A stretch of 63,804 bases of DNA, counting the filler, from Bacteroidales bacterium (lineage in GTDB: Bacteria > Bacteroidota > Bacteroidia > Bacteroidales > CAIWKO01): NCBI GenBank assembly GCA_035389045.1. It is 4 parts of 4 records of this genome, joined end to end, with 100 filler letters (N's around TTAATTAATTAA, not from the genome) between each part and the next. Parts side by side here need not be neighbours in the genome. Positions count along the whole stretch, not along the records: positions 36,303 to 53,521 come from DAOORA010000081.1; 3 more parts are not named here. One strand, given 5' to 3'. Under the pieces are notes generated by a model. That model saw only the letters and a program-made list of their open reading frames with translations, had not been told where the DNA came from and did no database searches. Positions 39,799 through 48,640 of the stretch are shown one piece after another. Position numbers and translations under genes: made by a program. Position 1 is the first letter of the stretch; each line of letters opens with the position of its first letter.

Positions 39799-39806
39799 TA
39801 TCATTA

Positions 39807-40445
39807 TTAAAAAAATTTATCATCCTGCCATTTTGCAGGGTTGTTTTTGATATATTCCGAAATACGTTGATACGATTGTTCATCGCGGATGATGTGGTCG
39901 TAATAATTAGGTTGAAAAAAATGGTTATGCCTGTTGTATTTGGGAATATTCAAATGGTTTGCATCAATATAATCGTCAATTTTGGAATTTACCGCCGATT
40001 TAAAACCCGCCAAAAACGATGATATGGATTTTGGCAAACGATAAAATGGGTGCAATGGTACAAATGGGTGCAATGGTAAATATGGCGGAAATTGTAGGGG
40101 CGCACGGCCGTGCGCCCCTACAATTTCCGCCCCAACGGTATCCGCCATTGTTTTATCGTTTTTGTCTATGACTACTATGGCGTGCAAATGATTGGGCATA
40201 ATTATATATTCGTCCAAAAATAATTCCTTGCGAATTTCAAATGATTTATGCCATTCGGCATCCACAATTTGACCAAATTTCGATAATTGCATACAGGCAT
40301 TGCAGGACGTATTAATAATTTTACCCAGATTACAAATCCTGTCTTGCGTTACCAGGGTAATATAATACATACCATCCGACGAATAATCCCAGCCCGGTTT
40401 ACGGTGTGATGTTCTGCGATATTTATTCTTAAATGTTTCGGGCAT
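39807..40445 (-). mobile_element. REP-associated tyrosine transposase (RAYT, HUH/Y1)
   Basis: R.PGWDYSSDGMYYITLVT, IMPNHLHAIV, FKSAV and FQPNYYDHIIRD..YI.NNP..W. Confidence 0.92.
40084..40131. repeat. 48-bp perfect palindrome (GTAG-type REP) within the RAYT coding sequence
   Basis: GGCGGAAATTGTAGGGGCGCACGG|CCGTGCGCCCCTACAATTTCCGCC. Confidence 0.92.
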
Positions 40446-40448
40446 TAT

Positions 40449-40541
40449 TTATTCATTTTCTGATTCCACTGTGCCGCGGAGTTTGTTGGCAGAATCCCAT
40501 AAGGTTTCTTCGATGCTTTTTTGTTTTATTTGTTTGGCCAT
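40449..40541 (-). pseudogene. hsdM: 30-aa N-terminal stub of a type I restriction-modification M subunit
   Basis: MAKQIKQKSIEETLWDSANKLRGTVESENE*, containing the LW..A..LRG motif of HsdM N-termini. TACATTTG promoter element at 40569-40562. Confidence 0.75.
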
Positions 40542-40685
40542 TATAAATTATTTACACATCACAAATGTATAAAATTAAGATTAATTCAATAAAAACAAAC
40601 CGAAATTTAATTTCATTTAGCTGTAATTTCTAATATCAAATAAATCGGCAGCAAAGTAATGTTTGCTGCCGAAAATTTGATAATT

Positions 40686-40865
40686 GAGCCCACTCCGAAA
40701 AGTATGATTTTTGAAAATCAGCATTGCCCCGGCCCAAAAGCCAGCCTGACTTGCCAGGCTGCGCCATGTAGTCAGGGCAGGGAGGCAGATTATCTGCGAC
40801 TTCCCTCTGGGATAAAAGGCAAAAAGTCGCAGGATAAGAAAAACGGGGCTTTTTGGAGTGGAATC
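40686..40865. mobile_element. MITE-like element with imperfect 17-bp terminal inverted repeats
   Basis: GAGCCCACTCCGAAAAG and CTTTTTGGAGTGGAATC; internal palindrome GCCTGACTTGCCAGGC. Confidence 0.65.
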
Positions 40866-40927
40866 GACCACTTAAAATGTCCATTACTCCAAAAAATCAA
40901 TTAAAAGCAGTTAATCAAACCGAATGA

Positions 40928-41947
40928 TCACTCCCCGCTAATAGTTTCTGAGGTAGTATTGCTTAAATGCTTCTGATAACCCTTACGGGCTTTTTCGGCG
41001 TTGTCGTTGGCATAACAATACCTGCAAAGATGCGGGCAGGTGTTATATTCGCCAATGTCTTTGCTCACTATGCAGCCGCAGTATTTGCGCTGACCTTTAT
41101 CTTTATTGTTTTTTTGTTTTACGATGCATGTTTCAGGATTCAATAAATCCGGAGCTATAATTTTTACATTCAGAAAATCCATCAACACCTTATCGGCATT
41201 GAACAAGCGAATGATCAGATCATCATCAATACATTTGTTATGAATGATGCCATACTGCTCTAACGGCAGTTTTTCAGCACAGGAGCCGATTTCAAAGTTC
41301 CAGCGCTTATTCAACTGCTGAAGGCCGGCTGCAAATTCATTCATGGCCTTTTCGTCAAACTCGAGGTAGCGGACAGCATGATGCTGAAGGTTGTGCTGTA
41401 CTTTTTTGTATGGGCCGATATCAGCAAAGCTGAACACCATTTTTGAGGTGTGATCCTTTAATTTGTCACCTGCGTTTTCGGCTTTCCGCAGCAATTCGTC
41501 AACACCCATCTTATCCGTGAGTATCAGCGGGTCGAAACGCCAGATGACTTTATCCCTGCCGGTTTTTTCCGAAAGTTCCATAAAAGTTTCAATTCTTGAA
41601 TCAAGCGGAGGAACATGCGGTTCAAGGTTCTCAGCATCATAATCATTCAGCGTGTACTGAAAATAGTAGTTCATCTTTCTTTCATCAAAAAAATCAAGAT
41701 GTTCTATCAGTGGCTTGGGATTTTTAGACCAGAAAACCATCAGGCGTGCCGAGGCTAATGACACATAACATACTTCACCATTAAAACGGTTTTTCCATTT
41801 CAGGTAACCCTGCTTAATCCGGTTGATGAGCCAGCCGGAATAAAAAGCCGGGATATCGGTGGCCCGGCTGGCCGAAATGATCACAGGCGCACGTGCCTTC
41901 ACGAAGGAGCCATCGGCAATTTTTAACTGTGTTTCCGGCCAGAACAT
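40928..41947 (-). CDS. DUF1848 family protein (C-terminal CxxxCxxC, radical-SAM-like)
   Basis: IISASRATDIPAFYSGWL, VFWSKNP, WRFDP and CGCIVSKDIGEYNTCPHLCRYCYAN. Confidence 0.88.
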   Translation of the reverse strand: MFWPETQLKIADGSFVKARAPVIISASRATDIPAFYSGWLINRIKQGYLKWKNRFNGEVCYVSLASARLMVFWSKNPKPLIEHLDFFDERKMNYYFQYTLNDYDAENLEPHVPPLDSRIETFMELSEKTGRDKVIWRFDPLILTDKMGVDELLRKAENAGDKLKDHTSKMVFSFADIGPYKKVQHNLQHHAVRYLEFDEKAMNEFAAGLQQLNKRWNFEIGSCAEKLPLEQYGIIHNKCIDDDLIIRLFNADKVLMDFLNVKIIAPDLLNPETCIVKQKNNKDKGQRKYCGCIVSKDIGEYNTCPHLCRYCYANDNAEKARKGYQKHLSNTTSETISGE

Positions 41948-42180
41948 ATTTGCAATTAGTTTATATCAATAACTCCCTGCATGGCAGTAATGCGTTGAAC
42001 AAAGGTAGCACCATTTTGCAGAAATTCATTTACAAAATCAGTTCTGACTCAATCACCAAAACTTTTTGAATGTCAAAGAAAAATATATTTTAGTGCCCAC
42101 TGGAACAAGGATATTTTATGTTTAATTTTGTCGGGTTAAAGACTTGTCAGTCAATATTAATTACACTTTTATCCGTTTTT

Positions 42181-42576
42181 ATGAAGAACATCCTGATTTT
42201 TGCCCTGGTTGCGCTTATATCTGCCGGGCTTTTTATCTCATGTGAAAAGAAAACAATCGACAGGGGCTCTTACAACCAGCCCTTTAATCCCTACCACACG
42301 GATTCGGTCCGGTTCAGCGCCGACATCATCCCCATTTTTACGGCAAGCTGCCTGAGCTGCCATGCCCAGGGGTTTTCCAATCCCATTCTGGATGCCGGCG
42401 TCGCCTACACCAACCTGACAGCAACTCCCGGACAGTATATCAATCTGGCTGACCCTCCTTCCAGTGTCCTCTATACCACCATCGTTTCCACACAGAGTGT
42501 TCACGGCAGCGGCCCCTATACTGTCGAAGGAGCAAAAATACTGACCTGGATACAGCAGGGAGCAAAAAATAATTAA
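42181..42576 (+). CDS. Monoheme c-type cytochrome lipoprotein
   Basis: Lipoprotein signal ending LFISC, FSADIIPIF...CLSCH and C-terminal ILTWIQQGAKNN. TAATTTTG at 42123-42130 supports a start at 42181. Confidence 0.85.
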   Translation: MKNILIFALVALISAGLFISCEKKTIDRGSYNQPFNPYHTDSVRFSADIIPIFTASCLSCHAQGFSNPILDAGVAYTNLTATPGQYINLADPPSSVLYTTIVSTQSVHGSGPYTVEGAKILTWIQQGAKNN

Positions 42577-42598
42577 CAAATCAAAAACACATTTTCAG

Positions 42599-43597
42599 AT
42601 GAGACAAAAATATACATACCTGCTTATTGTATTCCTAATGGTTTTTACTCTACTCTCCCCCGACACCTTATTCCCGCAAGATAACGACAGTACTGCTGCA
42701 TATCCGACAGAGCAGGTTGACACGCTTGCTTTTCAGATAGCCCAGGGCAAAAAACCCGTGCAGGATGCCTGGACAGGCGCTACCCTGGTGGATATGCCGA
42801 CGGCCTATATCCCATCAAAAGGGAGTTTAGAGTTTCATATCCAGCATCGGTTTTCCAATCTTGACAACGGTATTCATGATCTTTTCGGACTTTATGGCGC
42901 TTCCAATATAAGACTTGCGATGACCTACTCCATACTGGACAGGCTGCTGGTGGGTTTTGGCACCGAAAAAGACCATAAATACCAGGAACTTTTTGTCAAA
43001 GCCAACCTGCTCGAACAGACACGTAACGGTAAGATGCCCCTGTCGCTTACTTTATACGGGAACACCAGCCTGGCTGCCCGGGGTAAAAACTACTGGGGCC
43101 AGGGATACAAATTCATCGACAAACTGTCGTACCACGGGCAACTGATCGTTTCACGGAAATTCCATGACATGTTTTCGTTGGAAGCCGGCATAAGTTACAG
43201 CCACTTCAACAAAACAGAGAGTGTTCAGGTGTCCGATACCATCATCAATCAGGCCGACACAGCCAACTCTGTAATACATTCATCTTACACCGGAATTACA
43301 CAAAACGATATCCTCGGGGTGTCTGCAGGAGCACGTATCCGGTTTTACCGCAACATGTCGGTGATTCTTGAATACGATCAGGGATTTTTCCTGAAGAAAG
43401 CTTCGGGACAACAACTGAAACCCAAGCCCAACCTGGCGCTCTGTTACGAAATAGGCACTTCCACCCATGTGTTCCAGGTCTTTGCCTCCTCTTACCGAGC
43501 ACTCAATCCTCAACATAACTTTGCTTATAACCAGTTCGACTTCACCAAACTCAAAGGACTGATGATCGGCTTCAACATCATTGTACGACTGAATTAA
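42599..43597 (+). CDS. DUF5777-like outer-membrane beta-barrel protein
   Basis: Signal peptide; LEFHIQHRF, LFGLYGASNIRL, QLIVSRKF, EIGTSTHVFQVF and terminal IGFNIIVRL strand. Confidence 0.75.
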   Translation: MRQKYTYLLIVFLMVFTLLSPDTLFPQDNDSTAAYPTEQVDTLAFQIAQGKKPVQDAWTGATLVDMPTAYIPSKGSLEFHIQHRFSNLDNGIHDLFGLYGASNIRLAMTYSILDRLLVGFGTEKDHKYQELFVKANLLEQTRNGKMPLSLTLYGNTSLAARGKNYWGQGYKFIDKLSYHGQLIVSRKFHDMFSLEAGISYSHFNKTESVQVSDTIINQADTANSVIHSSYTGITQNDILGVSAGARIRFYRNMSVILEYDQGFFLKKASGQQLKPKPNLALCYEIGTSTHVFQVFASSYRALNPQHNFAYNQFDFTKLKGLMIGFNIIVRLN

Positions 43598-43607
43598 ACA
43601 AAAACCT

Positions 43608-44636
43608 GTGGAGGAAAAGGAAAAAAAACACCTGATACGCAATGTCGGAGCGATAGCCCTGATGATCGGGCTTACCCTGATGATCGTTTTCTGTTTCCGG
43701 TACTATAATACTTCAATAAATATAACAGCAGCTGATATCAGGGAATTTACGTCTAAAAAAGATAATGCACAGTGCCTGAAATGTCATTCCCGCAGCAGTT
43801 GTGAAATTCCCGGTTCTAAAAATATATCAAAAAACAAAATATATTCCATCCGGCCACAGAACAGGATCGACACGGTGAGATATTACAACTCAAACCATTG
43901 GGACTTTAAATGCACCGACTGCCATTCAGATGAATATCTGAACGTACCCCATGATTCATCGCTGAAAGAAAATGCTATGATCACCTGCCTCGACTGCCAC
44001 GGCGGAGATGAAACCTTTGCACATTTTCATTTTGAAGACATAGATACGGCCTGTATGCACAGTGTTCATTATATGACAGACAGCATCAACTTTTCCTGCT
44101 GGAACTGCCATATTGCCCATTATGACAAGCTGCACAGCAGGGATACCATACAACCTCTGCGAAGGGTTATCAGCTACGATAACATGATGTGCCTCACTTG
44201 CCACAGCAAGGAACCCTCATACCGGGGAACATTCCGTACCGGCAACATCAAAACTGATATGGCTACAATACATGCCTGGTTGCCCGAAACGGAACTACAC
44301 ATGAATAATGTACGTTGCATTGACTGTCATGCCGCTTCAAATGACAACATGATGGTATCTCATCGTATTGAACCCAAAACTCTCGCCTTAAAAGATTGTA
44401 AGGCTTGCCACTCCGAAAACTCCGTGCTGCTCAATACCCTTTACAAAAACAGAAAACAAGCCGGATTAAAAAAGATCAGCATTCTGAAAGACTTATCTTT
44501 AGACGGCAAGCCTGTATCCAAAAAAATGGATGATCCCGTCCTGAATACTGTCCTGATCGCACTGACCGCGATAATTCTTTTCATAATTCTTTTTTATGTT
44601 ATTCGTCATATGATAACTATTGTTGAAAAAAAATAA
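43608..44636 (+). CDS. Membrane-anchored multiheme c-type cytochrome (7 CxxCH)
   Basis: CLKCH, CTDCH, CLDCH, CWNCH, CLTCH, CIDCH and CKACH; hydrophobic helices at both termini. Confidence 0.9.
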   Translation: MEEKEKKHLIRNVGAIALMIGLTLMIVFCFRYYNTSINITAADIREFTSKKDNAQCLKCHSRSSCEIPGSKNISKNKIYSIRPQNRIDTVRYYNSNHWDFKCTDCHSDEYLNVPHDSSLKENAMITCLDCHGGDETFAHFHFEDIDTACMHSVHYMTDSINFSCWNCHIAHYDKLHSRDTIQPLRRVISYDNMMCLTCHSKEPSYRGTFRTGNIKTDMATIHAWLPETELHMNNVRCIDCHAASNDNMMVSHRIEPKTLALKDCKACHSENSVLLNTLYKNRKQAGLKKISILKDLSLDGKPVSKKMDDPVLNTVLIALTAIILFIILFYVIRHMITIVEKK

Positions 44637-44723
44637 TAAAAAACTTAAGAATTGTGTAGTTTTTGTAAATTTGTCTTTATTAATTCTGATAATCAGGTAT
44701 GAAATTATTTAATTAAAAATATT

Positions 44724-45128
44724 ATGAAACTGAAAATAATAATTTTGAACATCACAGCCATCTGTCTGGCCGTGTTAATCATGTCGGCCAATCTGCAGCA
44801 TAAACCCTGGGTGATCCCTGCCAAGTATAAAACGCTGAAAAACCCCGTAAAAATGAGTTCGGCGAGCACTTCAGCAGGTAAGCTTACGTATGACAAACAC
44901 TGTAAATCGTGCCACGGCAGCACCGGCAAAGGCGATGGTGTAAAAGCCAAAACCCTGAAAACTCACATCAGCGATCTCGGCACAACAAGTGTACAGACCG
45001 CGTCAGACGGAGAAATTTATTATAAAGCTTTTATCGGCAGAGATGAAGCTCCCAACCTGGAAAAAAAGATTCCCGACGAAACCGATCGCTGGAATATTGT
45101 AAATTTTGTCCGTTCCTTAAAGAAATAA
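44724..45128 (+). CDS. Periplasmic monoheme class I cytochrome c
   Basis: Signal peptide, LKNPV, CKSCHG..GKGDG, SDGEIYYK and RWNIVNFVRSL. TAAATTTG at 44666-44673. Confidence 0.9.
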   Translation: MKLKIIILNITAICLAVLIMSANLQHKPWVIPAKYKTLKNPVKMSSASTSAGKLTYDKHCKSCHGSTGKGDGVKAKTLKTHISDLGTTSVQTASDGEIYYKAFIGRDEAPNLEKKIPDETDRWNIVNFVRSLKK

Positions 45129-45147
45129 AACATAAAAAGCTATAACT

Positions 45148-45948
45148 ATGAAATCAAAACGACTAGCACTTTTACTTGTTTGTATTATGGCGATATACGC
45201 CACCGGTTTTGCGCAGACAGCCGGTACCCTTACCTTTACAGTAAAAACAACTGCCCCCTCCGGACAGTATAATCCGCGCCATCTTGTTGCAATATGGATA
45301 CAAAACAGCAGCACATCGGGCTCTTCAGCATCATTTATTAAAACCAAGATAAAATACGGTTATAGTTACCTGCAGTTTCTTAATGCCTGGGTTTCTGCCT
45401 CCGGGCAGAATACCACCGATGCCGTTACCGGAGCTACAAGGACTAATTCCCCCGAAACCCTGAGTTTTTCATGGAATGGCACCAACGCCAGCGGCGTCCT
45501 GGTTCCTGACGGCACCTATTATATCTGGATGCAGATGACGGCACAGAATATGAATGGTGCAACAGCTTATATTTCTTTCACCAAAGGACCTTCGGAAGTT
45601 ACGCTCACCCCTGCCAACACCGGTAATTACAGCGATATGAGCCTGACCTGGACTCCATCGACCTTTGGATCGGAAGAAAACAACCCTGAAAAACCGCTTA
45701 TGACCATTACTTCCAACCCGGTTTCCGGCTCAAGTATGATCCTCTATACCCTTGACGAACCGTCGGATGTTACCCTTACCCTGCATGATGTGACGGGAAA
45801 ACTGGTGAACGTAATTCTTGATGGCAACCAAAATGCCGGTGCGCATACCCTTCCGCTTACCGGAACTTCCGGTTTGAAATCAGGTATATATTTCGTTAAG
45901 ATATACACTGGTAAAGTTCAGCATACCGTGAGGATTTTTGTTCCCTGA
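45148..45948 (+). CDS. DUF2271-like protein with flavinylation motif and T9SS C-terminal sorting domain
   Basis: VAIWIQ..FIKT, DAVTGAT and WNGTN..G.LVPDGTY; C-terminal SNPV..LHDVTGKLV..LKSGIYFVKI..TVRIFV. Confidence 0.8.
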   Translation: MKSKRLALLLVCIMAIYATGFAQTAGTLTFTVKTTAPSGQYNPRHLVAIWIQNSSTSGSSASFIKTKIKYGYSYLQFLNAWVSASGQNTTDAVTGATRTNSPETLSFSWNGTNASGVLVPDGTYYIWMQMTAQNMNGATAYISFTKGPSEVTLTPANTGNYSDMSLTWTPSTFGSEENNPEKPLMTITSNPVSGSSMILYTLDEPSDVTLTLHDVTGKLVNVILDGNQNAGAHTLPLTGTSGLKSGIYFVKIYTGKVQHTVRIFVP

Positions 45949-46229
45949 TAAAAAAGATTTCTTATCGTTTAACCACGGCAGGTGGATTTTACTTTCGTAG
46001 CTGCTGCCGACATCGAACAAACCTATCCCCCAAGCTTATGCCCAGAAGTAAAGCACGGGTAGATGGTTTTCACTGAAATCCGCCCGGAGCACAACCTTTT
46101 AGGCCAGTTTCAATCCAGACACGACTCTGCTATCAGCCAAAGGCTGCTTTTTCTGCATCAAAAATTGATTTGTTGATGTTTTTGCATAAAAAAACATGTT
46201 CTGATATCATTTTAGTACCTTTGCAAAAT

Positions 46230-48623
46230 ATGCTGAAGGACATCGTTGCACGGATAAAACAGGGATACACACAATTAAGTGCAAAATGGCAGGTCATCTG
46301 GTCGCGGATAAAGCCCTGGCTGCAGTCTATTAAGGAAGTATGGAGAAAAAGCCGCTGGTATTTGAAAATATTGTATTCCATCATTGGCTCGTTCATACTG
46401 TTTATTTTCCTCCTGTTTCTGATCAACATCAATTTTCTCTGGTTGTTTGGTAAATCGCCGCGCATATCCGAGATACGCAATCCGCAGCAAAGCATTGCCT
46501 CGGAGGTGTACAGCGCCGATGGCAAAATGATCGGTCGTTTTTTCAGGGAAAACCGCACCCCCGTTGAACTCAGAGATTTGTCGCCCATGCTGCTCAAAAC
46601 ACTCGTTGCCACTGAAGACGAACGTTTCTATTCGCATATGGGGATAGATTTCAGGGGGTTGTTTTCGGCTTTTTACGACTGGTTTTCAGGAAATTACCGT
46701 GGAGCCAGCACCATCTCACAGCAACTGATCAAAAATATGTACAAATCACGCACCGCCTATTCCAGAGGCTTGCTGGGACACATTCCCTATGTGCGGCTGG
46801 TAATCATGAAACTAAAGGAATGGATAGGCGCTTTAAAAATAGAAGTGTACTACTCCAAAGAGGAGATCCTTGTCATGTACCTCAATACCGTGGATTTCGG
46901 GAATAACACCTTCGGCATAAAGACGGCTTCACGGGTTTATTTCAGCACCACACCCGATAAGCTGAAACCCGCACAAATTGCCATGCTGGTAGGTATGCTC
47001 AAGGCGCCCACCACTTACAACCCGCTCCGTAATCCAAAGAATTGCAACAAGCGCAGAAATGTCGTGCTGGGAATCATGAAAAGAGAGCATCTGATAACAG
47101 AAAGCAGTTACGACACACTTAAAAAACGTCCCTTAGGGCTTACCTATAAGGTCGACGACCTGTCGGACGGACAGGCGCCCTATTTCCGTATGGCTGTTGC
47201 CGATGCCATCAGCGACTGGTGCCGCGAAAACAACCTGGACGTATACACCTCCGGCCTGAAGATTTATACTACGTTGGATTCACGTATGCAGCGCTATGCC
47301 GAAGAATCCGTTAAAAAACAAATGAAAATTCTTCAAAGCGAATTCAACAGGCAATGGGGACGTGAAAATCCCTGGCGGGATGCTAATTATCGTGAAATCC
47401 CTGATTTCATCAGGAACAACGCCATGGAGTGTCCGCGGTACAAAGCTTTCCGCCGGCAAACCGGTAACGGTGACAGCGCCATGGCGCTCATGGAAAAGCC
47501 CATTTCCATGAAACTTTACGATTTAAGAAAGGGAGCCATAGATACCGTGCTCAGTCCCATGGATTCCATACGTTATGTTAAACGGCTCCTGCGTATCGGC
47601 TTTGTGGCTGTGGAACCGGAAAACCGTTATGTGAGGGCATGGGTCGGGGATCTTGATTACCGTTTTTTCAAGTACGACCATGTATCACAGGCGCAGCGCC
47701 AGCCTGGCTCGACGTTTAAATTGTTTGTGTATACCGCAGCCATTGCTTCGGGGCTCAGCCCGTGCGATATGCGCCGTGATGCCTATGTGGAATGGAGATA
47801 CCGGGAAAAAGGTCAGGAGAAAATCTGGCGGCCACACAATGTGAACGGTGTGTTTTATAACATACCGGTCAGCCTGCGCTCAGCCTTTACCAATTCGATC
47901 AACGGTATCGCCGTAACCCTTGCTAAGGAGGTAGGTATCATGAAGGTCATCGAATATGCTTACCGGCTTGGCATCAGGACAAAGCTCGAAGTGGTGCCGT
48001 CAGTATGTTTAGGCTCCGGCGAAGTAAAACTGCTCGATCTGGTCAACTCTTACGCCTCGGTGATCGCCGACGGCATGTATGAAGCCCCTGTGCTGGTAAC
48101 CCGTATTGAAGACCGCAACGGCAAAGTGCTCTGGAAATATAAACCGCTGAGAAAACAGGCGATAGACTACGAAACAGCTTTTCTGATGCAGGAAATGCTC
48201 AAAGCCGGCGTCAAAGAACGCGGCTCTACGGTGCAGAACCTGTGGTCGTACGATATTTTCAGGTACGGGACAGAATTAGGCGGTAAAACAGGTACCTCAT
48301 CCAATCACAGCGACATGTGGTTTGTAGGCGTCTCGCCCGCTCTGGTTGCCGGTGCATGGGTGGGTGGAGAACAACGCTCCATACACTTCAGGCCGGGGAC
48401 CAGAATTGGTGAAGGCGGCCATGCAGCCCTGCCCGTCTTCGGGTATTTTATGGAAAAAGTCATGAAAGACGAATCGCTGAAAGCTTACAGGCAGAAATTC
48501 CCGGGACCCAAAGAAAAAATTTCCAAAAACTATAACTGCGTAACTTCCATACCGGATTCTATCCTCAGGGCAGTGGATTCCATGATGCACCGTAAAGATT
48601 CCCTGCCGGCAGACAAGCCGTGA
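46230..48623 (+). CDS. Class A penicillin-binding protein (PBP1A-like transglycosylase/transpeptidase)
   Basis: ATEDERFYSH.GID, GASTISQQL, QPGSTFK (SxxK), SIN and GKTGT. Confidence 0.93.
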   Translation: MLKDIVARIKQGYTQLSAKWQVIWSRIKPWLQSIKEVWRKSRWYLKILYSIIGSFILFIFLLFLININFLWLFGKSPRISEIRNPQQSIASEVYSADGKMIGRFFRENRTPVELRDLSPMLLKTLVATEDERFYSHMGIDFRGLFSAFYDWFSGNYRGASTISQQLIKNMYKSRTAYSRGLLGHIPYVRLVIMKLKEWIGALKIEVYYSKEEILVMYLNTVDFGNNTFGIKTASRVYFSTTPDKLKPAQIAMLVGMLKAPTTYNPLRNPKNCNKRRNVVLGIMKREHLITESSYDTLKKRPLGLTYKVDDLSDGQAPYFRMAVADAISDWCRENNLDVYTSGLKIYTTLDSRMQRYAEESVKKQMKILQSEFNRQWGRENPWRDANYREIPDFIRNNAMECPRYKAFRRQTGNGDSAMALMEKPISMKLYDLRKGAIDTVLSPMDSIRYVKRLLRIGFVAVEPENRYVRAWVGDLDYRFFKYDHVSQAQRQPGSTFKLFVYTAAIASGLSPCDMRRDAYVEWRYREKGQEKIWRPHNVNGVFYNIPVSLRSAFTNSINGIAVTLAKEVGIMKVIEYAYRLGIRTKLEVVPSVCLGSGEVKLLDLVNSYASVIADGMYEAPVLVTRIEDRNGKVLWKYKPLRKQAIDYETAFLMQEMLKAGVKERGSTVQNLWSYDIFRYGTELGGKTGTSSNHSDMWFVGVSPALVAGAWVGGEQRSIHFRPGTRIGEGGHAALPVFGYFMEKVMKDESLKAYRQKFPGPKEKISKNYNCVTSIPDSILRAVDSMMHRKDSLPADKP

Positions 48624-48640
48624 TAAAGGAAAAAATAAGT

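Noticed and set aside
39473..41947. Intact prophage or integrative element at the tRNA
   Set aside because: No integrase, phage genes or att duplication were seen.
45950..46140. Structured RNA or gene remnant between the DUF2271-like gene and PBP1A
   Set aside because: No convincing stem pattern or recognisable peptide in the frames I read.
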